Virus record (IMG/VR): IMGVR_UViG_3300047357_001427
Span: 6,923 to 70,922 of that record
Source of the DNA: a virus
Direction: 5' to 3' (one strand)
Length of the DNA stretch: 64,000 nt
A program made the position numbers and the translations under genes. The notes under the pieces were generated by a model that saw only the letters and a program-made list of their open reading frames with translations, was not told where the DNA came from and searched no databases. Shown in pieces: positions 1 through 11,900 of this stretch. Position 1 is the stretch's first letter; the number at the start of each line of letters is the position of its first letter.

Positions 1-1218
1 ACAATCATCAAGCAACTAAAGCGTATTCAAACTGCAAACTATGGTTTTACCATCAGTAGGCAAGACGTTAATCAATTCGGTCATTTGGCACGTCTTGATT
101 CTGTAGTTATTGAAGCTCCTACTGTTAATTTAGACTTCAGTTATTATCTTTTAGATGGATACAATGAAAGAATGATTGAGTTCATTACAAATGGTACAAC
201 CAACACTTTAAGTGGAGGGTTCTCACCTGAGCTTTATCAAGCAGGAAGTAACTTCTTTATCTTGACAATGCCAGAAGCTGGAGACGCAGTAAACGGAGAC
301 GTTAACGCAAGCGCAGCAGGTAATGATGATAAAAAGTCTGTTATTTCTTTAGGAAACGGTTATCTTACCGACTATAGCGTTGATATATCTGTGGGAGCAA
401 TTCCAACAGCAAGCGTTACAGTTGAGGGAATGAATATCAAAAGTGATATTGGTGAAACCGGAAACGACTTGCCAGCAATCAAAATGACCGACGGAAGCTT
501 TATGAGTAATGCGTGGGACAAGAATGCTGCAGGAGAAAGAACTCCAAAAGCTAATGGATGTACTGGATTATACTCTCTTCCAGCTGCAGAAAGTGGTTAT
601 GCAGGATGTGGCGATGTAGCGGCACTTAGGCCAGGAGATGTTGTTCTTGATCTTCAAGACGCAGGTTTAATCTCTAAACAGGTTAGTGGTTTGAATGTTT
701 CTACTCCAACTATTGGAAGCGCGCACGTTCAATCTGTTAGTATTAATATTCCTATGGCTAGAACAACTCTTCAGCGACTTGGTTCTACTTTTGGGTTCTC
801 TAAAACTCTTGATGTGCCAATCAATATAACAATGTCAGTTAGTGCTACGCTTTCAGACCTTAAGGAAGGCAACATGGCCGACTTACTTTGTGGTTGCGAT
901 AGAATCAACGCAACAGTCAAGATGATGGATCCTGAGTGCGTTGAGTGTGACACAAAAGATGGGCCTGTTGCTATGATTTTCGAATTAAAAGGAGCACGTC
1001 TTGAATCCGAAAACTTCACAAGCACTATCGGAGACAACAAGTCAGTTGACTTGACCTTTATCGCTCAGATCGCAGGAGCAGACGACCCTGATAATGGATT
1101 GTTTATTTTTGGAAAAGAATCTACTGAAGGTAATTTTGGATTACCGCCAGCATGGACCGGAGTCGGAGGTGTTGAAAATATTCCAGCAGCGAACGAACTC
1201 ATGGGGTACAGAGCATAA
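1..1218 (+). CDS. Putative major tail tube protein (5'-partial), two tandem tube-like domains
   Basis: Frame is open from base 1 (TIIKQLKRIQTANYGFTISRQDVNQFGHLARLD...), so the true start lies upstream of the window. Internal duplication (RIQTANYGFTISRQDVNQFG vs HVQSVSINIPMARTTLQRLG). Lies just upstream of the TMP and is followed by a hairpin terminator. Confidence 0.7.
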   Translation, partial: TIIKQLKRIQTANYGFTISRQDVNQFGHLARLDSVVIEAPTVNLDFSYYLLDGYNERMIEFITNGTTNTLSGGFSPELYQAGSNFFILTMPEAGDAVNGDVNASAAGNDDKKSVISLGNGYLTDYSVDISVGAIPTASVTVEGMNIKSDIGETGNDLPAIKMTDGSFMSNAWDKNAAGERTPKANGCTGLYSLPAAESGYAGCGDVAALRPGDVVLDLQDAGLISKQVSGLNVSTPTIGSAHVQSVSINIPMARTTLQRLGSTFGFSKTLDVPINITMSVSATLSDLKEGNMADLLCGCDRINATVKMMDPECVECDTKDGPVAMIFELKGARLESENFTSTIGDNKSVDLTFIAQIAGADDPDNGLFIFGKESTEGNFGLPPAWTGVGGVENIPAANELMGYRA

Positions 1219-1241
1219 AATAAATCTCATACTTTGAATAA

Positions 1242-1280
1242 AAATACACCTCAGTCATTGACTGGGGTGTATTTATTTAT
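1242..1280 (+). terminator. Intrinsic terminator-like hairpin after the tube gene
   Basis: AAATACACCTCAGTCA-T-TGACTGGGGTGTATTT inverted repeat (one G:U pair) followed by ATTTAT. Confidence 0.65.
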
Positions 1281-2879
1281 ATGTCCGGTAAAAGAAATGC
1301 AATCAAATACAATTCAGTCGGAATATTTCTAACTGATTCTCGGCAAGCTAAATCTGGCTCTGATTTATTGTATTTTTTTAATAGGGTTCAATCGGCAAGT
1401 GTTTCTGTTGATGTAAGTAGGCAGGACATACAGCACATCGGGGGCGAAGATTTTCTGGATAGGAAAATAATTTCAGAGCCAAGCACTAAATTAAGTTTGG
1501 AGTATCTGCTTACAGATGGATACGAAGAGAGTCTTCTTGGCTTAAATATTCTGAGCAAGGGCGACGAAATGCCATCGTCAACTCTTTGCTGGAGGGAGGA
1601 TTTCAATGGTAATTTGATTTTGCTTGAGAATGAAGGTGTCGATTACCTTCCAGCCTCTCAGTTGTTTGAAGATTCTTTGCCTGGCTGTTACACGCCTAGG
1701 GATGTCAGGTTTTCATCAAACACACAAGCTGCTCAATTTTTTGAAAAAAATGGAGAAAGTATTAAGCCTACGGAGACTAGTGCAGAAAATTACAAGGCGA
1801 ACCAGGGCAAAAGCGCTTATTACGATTTAAAGGAAGACAAGACTATATTGATGGCTGTTGGGGCGGAGCCTTTTGATTTGACTGGTTACGAGAATAGGAA
1901 GAATCAATACTCAGGCGTTGACGTTATTGGTATAGGTAATTGCTACATAACTGATTATTCTATATCGGCAGGCGTTGGGGAGTTCCCTAAAGCTTCAGTT
2001 TCTTATGCCGCTTCGAATTTAAGACATTCCTGTAATGGCTCCGGCTACGGCGGACACTACTGGCTGGACAATGTAAATGAGGTAGCTGTACTTTTAACTC
2101 AATTAAATACGTTTATTGAATTGCAGAATGGTCAAAATATTGGGCTTGGGTCGAGTGAGCAGAAATTCTATAAAGCCGGAGTGCAAAACCCGTCTTTGAA
2201 TTTGGAAAACAAGGGTTCCGATTTAACTGGCCCAACAATAGAGAGACATGGAGAGGAGATAGATTTAGGCACCGGTATTGAGTTTAACCCTAAAATGTAC
2301 AAATCTCCCGTTATGGCAATTGCTCCAGGAGGCATAAATGTTAATTTAAAAAACCTTAATGTGGGCGGACCAATACTTTCGGGAAAGAACGAAGGGACAT
2401 GTATAGAGGGTTCCGCGAATATACAAAGCTTTAATATAAACCTACCATTTGGGAGGGAGGATTTGTATGGCTTTGAGTCAATGCATGTTTACGGAAGAAA
2501 AATGAAATACCCGCAGATTGGGAGCGTGTCATTTTCTTTGCTCGCTAGCGCTTTTAATAGCGGAGATTTTAGGAAAATATTCTGCGAAGATGAGGATTAC
2601 GAGATAGAAATTAACTTAAATAATCATTGTGATTATTTTTGCTCTGCATCTTCAGAGCATGAGACGTATGTTAAGTACATTATTAATAATGCTAGATTCG
2701 AGAGTTATTCTTTTAGTGAATCTATAGGCTCAATAGCTACAGTGGATTGTAGTTTTAGTTTTGGGGTGAGCCCTAATAATGGATTCTTTATGAGTGGGTC
2801 TTTTGAAGATTATTATATAGCAGTACAACAAGGCATGGCACTGCAACTCGAAGGCGGTCAGCTTGTGGTAGATCAATAA
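1281..2879 (+). CDS. Tail tube protein paralog with insertions
   Basis: Collinear blocks with ORF 1-1218: RVQSASVSVDVSRQDIQHIG, GIGNCYITDYSISAGVGEFPKASV, ANIQSFNINLP, NARFESYSFSESIG. Confidence 0.7.
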   Translation: MSGKRNAIKYNSVGIFLTDSRQAKSGSDLLYFFNRVQSASVSVDVSRQDIQHIGGEDFLDRKIISEPSTKLSLEYLLTDGYEESLLGLNILSKGDEMPSSTLCWREDFNGNLILLENEGVDYLPASQLFEDSLPGCYTPRDVRFSSNTQAAQFFEKNGESIKPTETSAENYKANQGKSAYYDLKEDKTILMAVGAEPFDLTGYENRKNQYSGVDVIGIGNCYITDYSISAGVGEFPKASVSYAASNLRHSCNGSGYGGHYWLDNVNEVAVLLTQLNTFIELQNGQNIGLGSSEQKFYKAGVQNPSLNLENKGSDLTGPTIERHGEEIDLGTGIEFNPKMYKSPVMAIAPGGINVNLKNLNVGGPILSGKNEGTCIEGSANIQSFNINLPFGREDLYGFESMHVYGRKMKYPQIGSVSFSLLASAFNSGDFRKIFCEDEDYEIEINLNNHCDYFCSASSEHETYVKYIINNARFESYSFSESIGSIATVDCSFSFGVSPNNGFFMSGSFEDYYIAVQQGMALQLEGGQLVVDQ

Positions 2880-2952
2880 ATATCAATATGTTATTTTAGG
2901 TGTACATATAGATGGTTATTAGTATAATCAATAAATAAAGGTATAAGGTAAT

Positions 2953-5900
2953 ATGGTAGGAATGAGGGCAGATGTAACGCTTAATGTTAATACTTCTAAG
3001 GCTAAGAGAAGTATGGATCGCGCTGCTGCGGAGATAAATAGATCCATAAATGGAGTAAGTAAAAAACAAATTTCATTCAATGTTAATGGAAAAAGCTTTA
3101 CTCAGCCTCTTGGTAGAATAACTGCATCCGCAAATGAATTTACAAAATCATTAGAAGCATCTAATGCTCGAGTTATTGCGTTCGGTGCTTCGGTAGGAAT
3201 AATCAACGGAATATCTGAAGCGTTCAAGGCTTTGGTTGTGGAGACTGTAAAATTTGAAAAAGTATTACAGGATATAAATGTTATAGTTGGAGCTTCTGCG
3301 GGAAAACTACAAGAATTTGGGGATGGACTATTTGATGTAGCAAGAAATACAGCTCAAGCTTTTACAGTTTCTGCCGAAGCTGCTCTTGAGTTTTCTAGAC
3401 AAGGTCTCACCATGGAGGAAACCTTAAGAAGAACTAATGATGCTTTGATTTTGACGCGATTAACTGGGTTGGACGCAGCGTCTGCCGTATCTGGTTTAAC
3501 TGCGGCTGTTAATGCATTCGGTGATGCTGGGTTATCAACCACAGATATTATTGATAAATTGGCGGCTGTTGACGTTAAATTCGCAGTAAGCTCTGAGGAT
3601 TTAATAAAGGCTTTAGAAAGAACTGGGGCTGTTGCTATCGACGCAGGTGTTGAGATTGACAGTCTAATTGGTTTAGTGACAGCACTGCAGCAAACAACTG
3701 CTCGAGGGGGCGCAGTTATTGGTAATGGATTAAAAACAATTTTCACAAGAATACAAAGACCCGAATCAATAAGACAATTAGAAGAAATAGGCATCGCCGT
3801 AAAGAATTTATCTGGATCCATATTGCCCGCAGACAAGATAATGATAAACATGGCTAAATCATTTGACAATTTAAGCCAGTCGCAAAAATCTAATATTGTT
3901 CAATTTTCAGCGGGAATATTTCAAGCCAATGTTTTTAGGGCAGCATTGAGGGATTTAGGTAAAGAGCAAAGTATTCAAGCGCAGGCCACTGAAATAGCAG
4001 GAAATGCGGCTGGAGATGCGGCGCAAAAGAATGAAATGCTAAACAAGACGATGGCAGCAATGGCATCGCAAACGACTACATCTATTCAAGAACTCGCAGA
4101 GATACTTGGATCGATTGGTTTGTCTCCGGATATTGATTTCTTTTTATCGTCAATAAAGGATGGTATTGATGGAATAAAAAACACCCTAGGAGGAGGAGAA
4201 GACGAAGGTAGCACTTTTGCTAAGGGGTTAGTAAAGGGCATAGGTAATGTAATAACTGGACCTGCAGCTATAGCTTTTGGAGCTATTTTTATAAAACTTT
4301 TCGTTAATATTGCTAAGTTTGCTAGAACCTCATTGAAGGATGTTCTAGGCATAGTTAATGAAAAAGACAAAATAAGAGCAATGGAGGAGTCGATACTTAA
4401 AGCTCTTGGCGAAAATGTAAAACTACAGGAAGGGCTAAGCAATCTAGAAGACGACAGAAAAGCTCAAGAAATGTTTATATTAGGAATAATAGAAAAGCAA
4501 AACAGCGCAATGAGCGAGCAGGTTGATCTTGCTGCGAGGCTAGCCAAGCCACTGGTTAGGGCTGGAATTAATCCTGATTTTTCAAAAAATGAAGCATCTG
4601 GAATGGTTCCAGTTGCGGCATCGGGAATGATACCCGAATCTTCTAAGAAGAAAGAAAGACAAGGGGCCGCCAAGGGTGGTTACGCAGCAGGAGCTATAGA
4701 CTCAATGAACGTAAAAGGAGTCGGCACTGTTGTTTATAATAAAGCCGAAAAGGTTAAACAATTCCCTGGGATGAGTCAGCCCGCAATCATGCCCCCGAAA
4801 GAAAGCAGGGCAGGAAAGGGATACAAGGATGCTTTTGCTGGGCAGCACGGATTTGATCCATATGCTAGCGGCGGATTTGTTCCCAACTTTGCAGCAATGA
4901 GTGGTAGTAAATTAATGCTCGATCCTTCGTCGACTCAGTTGAGCGCTAATCCTGAAAGCGTTAAGGGGTCTAGAAATTTGGCTAAAAGTTATGCGGAGCT
5001 AGAAGCAACCGGCCAGCCAATCAGCGTGGAAGCCACAACAAAGCAACTTTTATCAAATAGCGGGGGAAGCCATTCTAAGAAAGTCAAAGAGGTTATAAGG
5101 TACCTGCAGGACGAGGGTGGAATCGAAAGCATAGAGCGTAAATTCAAGCTAAAGAAACTGCCCAAAAGGGGGAAAAGAACGGACGATCAAGCTGAGGCAG
5201 ATGTACTAAAAGCAGAGGGCGGAAAATATTTTAATACTGGAGGAAGGTCTGGCGATCCAACTTTTCCTGTTGATTTGGTTGGGTTAGGTATGAATCCAAT
5301 CGAAGTTAAATCTGGAGAATGGAAGCTTCCAAATGTACTGTTAAAAAGCTTGCGTCTTTATAGCGATGACGGATTGATGCGTTTTGCAGAAAGCCAAGGG
5401 GCTACCCAGGAAATGATTAACGAAGCTAGAAATGAAAAATTTAAAAAAGGAGCAAATCTATTAACCAAAAAAGGCTTAATAGGTAAGGATGCTAGTTCTG
5501 AGCAGACTCATCAAGCTTTGCTGGCCCATAGGATGTCTGAAGGTTTGGTTCCTAATTTTGCTATAGAACCCTGGAGCCAGCGTTACAGAAGAAACAAAGG
5601 TAAAGAATTTAATACTTCTGAGGAAATTAATAAAGCTTACGGTGTAAAAGACTTGGGTGTTTCATTAAATCAGTATAACGTAAGAAGAGATTTGAGCGAA
5701 CAAGAAATACAAGAAATAAAAGATCAAAGAGCGGCAACAACTTCAAGGGCAGGGCAAACTTCTTATGTAAACATTTTCAAAAACTTAAGGGCTGGAGAAT
5801 ACAAAGACAGAGCTGATCTGGCCGACAAAACAAAAAGAGTCTCTAATATCGTTGAGCAGCTTATTACTAAAAGCGAAACAACATCAAAAAAAGCTTCAAG

Positions 5901-8900
5901 AAAAGAAATTGGTGGCGGCAAAAATTTTGCAGATTTTCAGCAACTATTAACAGATCTTCCGGGCGGAGAAGCAGGTGGGTCTGAACTCCTGGAAAATAGT
6001 AGAAAAAGAGGTAAAATATTTGAAGAAATATTATCGGATCTTGGTGGGGTCAAGTTTGAGCAAAACCCAGACGCCATGGACTTTTCTAGAAAGAAGGAAA
6101 GGCTTCTTCGGGTTCCCGAAAAGACTGCGGATGCTATAGGTTTGGATAATTATGAAACTTATGGCGATGCCCATGCGGGACCAGGGCATGGAGTAAGATT
6201 AATGAGGGATAAGATTATAAGGGAGGTGCACAGCGAAGGATTGCTAGAAGGCCTACTTTCAAACAGGCAAGTGCATCTACCAGGCGATGACTTTCCCGAT
6301 ATAGTGAATACTGGTAGGGACTCAGAAAGAGAAAAAGAAATTACCCTTGGAAATCTGATGAAAAAAGGAGGATTAAAATCAGTAAAAGCAAGAAAAGCAA
6401 TAAATGAATCCGTAAAGGCTAATCATGGTTATACATATGATGAATTATTAGTCGAACCTAAAAACAAGAAGAAACCCACAGAGGAAGAAAAGAAAAAACT
6501 AGAATTAAAAAAACAGTTAGATAAAAAAATAATATCTTTTAATTATGTTACAGATGATGTAGATCTAGGAGCAATAGACAAAAGAACAAAAACAGGAAGG
6601 AAAGTTAAAGAATTAGAAGGTCTTAAATCAGGAAATGTTTCGGGCGGATTAATACCAAACTTCGCAGACCCAAGAACTCGCAGCCAAAAAATACAAGACA
6701 CATTGGCCGACCCATCGAACAAGGGAATAAAGTTCAACAAGCCACCATCTCCCGCCAACATCACCTCGGCTCAAATAAGCAGGCATCTAGATATCCCAAT
6801 AGGAAAAACCCCAGAAACTCAGCCAAGCGATGAGGATATAAAAAACGCAATCAAGGCGGTTTGCCAAACAAGAGAGAAACTTCAACTTCCCGGTTACGAG
6901 AATTTAAAATCAATCGACAAAACAAAAATCCTCAAGAAATACAAAAAACAGGCGGGAGAGGGAGAGTATTACGGAAATAAAGATTTGAGTGCGGCGAGAG
7001 GTTTTGTGCCTAATTTTGCAAATGTGCACCTGTATAGAGGCCAAAAGAACAAAACCCTAGATACTCCAGACATCTCAGAAAACTTGCCCAGCTTTGCTTC
7101 TGCTAGAACACCTAATGATGTAGTTGAGATAGTTCAGGACTTCGTGAAGAGACATGTTAGTGGTGATTTAGCTGGATACAGAAACAAGCAGGGGACTTCT
7201 GGGGAAAAGAAAGCTTCGGGCGCGAACTCTTACAGCACGTCTCCGCAAGTTGCAGATAACTTTGCTAATAGTATTGATCTAACAAGCAATGACATGTCAC
7301 CGGGGCAAGTTTTCAAAAAAACAGTTCCTTCAAAAAACATATTTAATAAAGCCAAACTACTAAAAATACTCAACAAAGGATCTGATCCGAAGAGCGGCAA
7401 CTATCCAAGTGTCGAGAAGTTTAAGAAAGAAATCGCATCAGGAGCAGTAAAGAACTGGGCGCAGAAAAACGGGGGCATGTACCTCAATATATCTGGCGTT
7501 AATAATGATGATTCATCCGGCAAAAGGTACGGCCAAAGCATGAAGCAGATAGTGCCTCTCGCTGACGTTGGTTATAATGATGACGGAACAAGACAAATCC
7601 ACCAAGGAGAAAGAGAAGTAATTCAATTATTTAATAATGGATTAATTCCTAATTTTTCAAAAGTAGAGCGAGTTCAAAAATCACAAAAAAGAAGAGTAAA
7701 AGAACAAGTAACAGAAGAAGATAAAGATTTAGCTCATAATATTTTTGATTATTTAAAAACAAATATAAGTAACCTATCCTCAAGGTTTAGGTTTAATAGA
7801 TCTACTGTATCATTTGGTGGAAATCCAGAAGATTACGAAAAAGTATTTAATCATTCATCATCAAGAAAGAACAAAGAAAACCTAATTGAAATAGCTAAAT
7901 CTGAAATGAAAATGAATCGAATCTTGAAAGGTTTCATGATTCCTCATAATGAAGGTGTTGCCACTGCAAGAGGAAAGCATAAAGCTCCCCGTGATCCATT
8001 TTTAGATGGAGCTATGCACGGCGGCCTTGTTCCTAATTTTGCAGATCCATTAAGTGCGGCGATATCAAGAGAGCGAGCAGCAGGAGTTCCTCAGGCCAGA
8101 ATCAGGGTAGAGAAAAGTTCTCAATTAAAAAGTGCTCAAAACCCAATGGGGCTCGCAGTAACTAATACTAGAGATGAGCCGGCCGGAGTACAGCAGGGAA
8201 TAAGGCGCGCCAAGACTATGGGTATAGACCCAAAGAAACATGGAGCGAGCAAGGGCATGGTGCCGAACTTTGCCGCGCCACAAATTCCAGACGCAATTTT
8301 AAATAATGCTAAAAATGAATTGTCTCAAATGTCTAAAGCTTTCACCGATAGCTTTAGTGAGTTTTCAAAAATAGCCAGCAAGTTTGGTAAGGAAGGTAAA
8401 GAGACATTAGCTGAGATAGCCAGCTTTGATATTTCTAAAGACTTTGAAGGAATCAAGGATTTATTAAATGAAAAAATGGAAAGAACAGAGGCACAAATAA
8501 ATTCCATAACAGAAAAAACAGGCAAGCTTTCCAAAGGTGAACAAACTAGGTTGGGCGAACTAAAGAAGGCTAAGTCATCAGGAGAAGCGCTATTAAAATC
8601 TACAGAAGAAAAGTCGCAAAAATCAAAAGCAGTAAAAAACTTATCATCCAGTGAGCCCGAAGCTCAGAAGACACAATTAATCAAGTCCGAAAACGCAATG
8701 ATAAAAAAGATGCTTACCGCAAGAGGTACAGATCTTAAATCTCTAAAAGAAGCAACTAAGGCTAGTCAAGATTTCAGAATAGCTTTGGATGAATCCGCAA
8801 AATCTGCTGAGGAATCAGACGATGACGGAGGTGGGCTTCAGCGTTTGTTTTATCTTCAGTCGGCGATTAGCTTAGTTAATGGTCAATTTGAAACGCTGGC

Positions 8901-11900
8901 TGAAGGCGCATCTGGGCTAACCAAGACCTTTGCACAGGGAATGTTGGCGATAAGCAATGTAACAGCTTCTTTTATTCAGCAAAAAGAACTAGTTTCTGAA
9001 GGAATGAATATGGCTGGAGTGAAAAGGAATGAGTCCTTCTCGATTGGTCAGGCGTTTAATCCAGAGGCTAGAGCCGCCAGAAGAAGTGCTGCAGCAGCAT
9101 CGGATGCAGGATCCAGGGGCAGCGGAGTAGGCAGGATGGGAGGATTGATGAGAAACCTTTCAGGAGTAGGAAGAATGTTTGGACGATTCTTGCCAGTTAT
9201 TGGTCAGTTATATACTGGTTTCACTGTAGTAAATGAAGCATTCAAGATGTTTAATATAGGTGAGATGTTCGGCCTAGAGAAAGGCTCTGGGGTTATGGAT
9301 CTTCTCTCGAGCCAAGGAGAAAGGGCCGCAAAGAAACTAGAAAAATTAGGAGAAAGTACCGAGAAATTGCAAGGAGCTCTTGAGTCGTTAAATAGCCAAA
9401 CAGAAAATAGAGAAAAAGTTACAGATCTTGAAATTTTAGGATCAAGAAGAACTCAGAAGCAGGAGCTGGAACTTCAGCAATTAAAACTAAAGGGGCTAGA
9501 CATAGATATAAAAGCTCAGGACGCTTTATCTGGTCTTTTGGACGAAAATCTAGTAGGAACAAAAGTATCAAAAAGATTTATCGAAGAACTGTCGAAAGGC
9601 ACAAACAGCAACGAAGACTACGTAAAAGTAATAGAAAGAGTAATAAAGGCGCAAAAGAGCCAGGCAGCATTTCTTAGTGGGTCCAAAAGTTTTGGAGACT
9701 TGATAGACAAGAAGCTTGACAAATTTAATCCGGATAGTGACGACATCAAGCTGCTCCAAGGAGCGTCAAAAGTTAGAGGATCCCAGATAGGAATGGGCTT
9801 TTCTTCTGCAGCTGCAGGTGGCGAGGATATGGATGTTAAAGATAGACTATCTATATTGAGCAAAAATATAGCTGCCCTTGAAAGAGAATCTTCCACTGTA
9901 AGTTTTAGAAGCATGAGTGATGTGACCAAACTAACCGATAGGTTAGCAAAGAACCTGCAGGGTACAGAAGATTTTGATGCAGAAATGATGGCTTCTCAGA
10001 TAAATTCTTTTATTAAAAACATAGATGAATCAATTGATAATCCATCTGGCTTAGATCCTAGAGAGACAAAAGCAGTAAACGCTGGAATGAAGCAAATGGT
10101 TATTCAGCTAAACAAGCTCAAGAAAAACCTAGAAGGAGAATCAGATAGGCAGCAAGAGGCTCAATTAAAAAAAGAATATGTAACTGCATATAAAAATATC
10201 ATATTTAATATCGAACAATTTAGAAAAAACGAAGCTCACTTAACCAAGTTATCTCTTGCGTCGTTAGCCCATCAAAATAAATTAAATTCATCCCAACAAA
10301 GTTTACTGCTTGAGTATAATGCGATAGGTAAAGAAGCCGCAATCTCTTCCGACTTTGCGAGAAAAAGAAATGCAATGGAGGCAAAATTTATTGCAGACAA
10401 GCAGGGTGTTGAGATGAAAACTATTGAATCTTTGAATAAATTAAGGGATACATATTTTAATACTGATCAATTAGCTCAACAATTCAAAAAAGATGGAAAA
10501 CAAGCGGCAGACGCAGTACAAGCCCTCAAGGATAATATCAAAGAAGGAGTAAGCAATGCAGACTTTGCGGGAATCGGCAAGAGCATGAATCTGAATCCAG
10601 AAGTAATGGCAAAAGTGACCGAAGCATTCGAGCAAACATCCGCAGAAACTAAAAACGCAACATCATCATTAGAAGTCATCTCCTCATTGCTTAATAAATT
10701 TGGAAAAGCTACAGATAGTTCGACTGCTTCTGCCCTCTTACTGGCTTTGCACGAAAAGGGCTTAGTCACAATAACCGATGAGCATTTAAATCTATTAAGA
10801 TCCGGCTTATTAAGTAGAGAAAGACAATTAGAATTATTAAATACAGGCAATAAAGAAGCACAACAATTACTAAAGCTAGAAGAAGAACATAAATTCATAA
10901 AAGAAAAAACAGTAACAGGCGCAGCTAAATTATATAAAATATTACAAGCAAGAGGCCGCGAAGAAAAACACGTATTAGATTCCGTAAAAGGCGAAGCTGC
11001 AACCCTTGCGGTGCTGAATGATTTTTATAAAAAAGATGTTTCCATATTAGCTAAAAGCTCAGAAGCTATGGAGTTAGGTTTCCAAAAGCAAGAAGAGAAA
11101 AATAGAACAGACGCAATATCCGCAGTGCATTCCCTTAGGATGCTCGAAGCTCAAACTGGTTCGCTTAAAAATTCAGAAAATTCATTGATAATTTTAGAGG
11201 CAAAACTTAAGAGCGAAACAGAAAATGCAAAATTAGCTCTACAGGAATCTGAGTTCAGGTTAGATTACTTGAAAGATCAGTCTAAGAGGGAAGAATTAGT
11301 TGGACGCCAGCTCGCAAAGGAAATGGCTGATTTACAAACTAGTAATTTATTGGCGGCCGAAAAGAATCTTCAATTATCAAAGACTGGAGAACTGAGAAAG
11401 CTTGTTGAGGAACAGCTCAATGCGACGCTTCATTCTTCTAGGCTGGAAGCTTTAACGGCAGCAGAAAATGCTTTATTATTGACTGGAAAAACAAAGCAAG
11501 TAAAATTAATACAAGAAGCCAACGAATTACAAGAAGCCTCGAATAAGCTGACCGAGTTGCAGAATGCTGTAACAAAAGCTGGGGTTAGCGATAAGACTTT
11601 ACGCATGACTACCACTGCAGACATCGGGATAGAAAAAGCTAATTCCATATTAGAAACAAGGACTGCAGGCATGAAAGCTACGGTTGAGCCTAATGCTGAC
11701 AATATGCTTGCTTATGCAAACTCTCTTGAGCAAACCAACAAACTGCTTGGAAATGGAAGTAGGGCGATAGATAGGTTTAGGGCAAGAATGGCCGAAATGA
11801 ATGTTGAGGCTGAGAATCTTGGTGCGGATTTAGTTAATATAGGAATAGACAACGCAAGAAGCGGCCTAACTCAGATGTTTAAGGATATTGGTTCAGGAGC

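Noticed and set aside
2880-2952. Tail assembly chaperone with programmed frameshift before the TMP
   Set aside because: Only 73 bp separate the genes and the only ORF is 8 codons (ATG 2912). Chaperone genes, if present, lie elsewhere.
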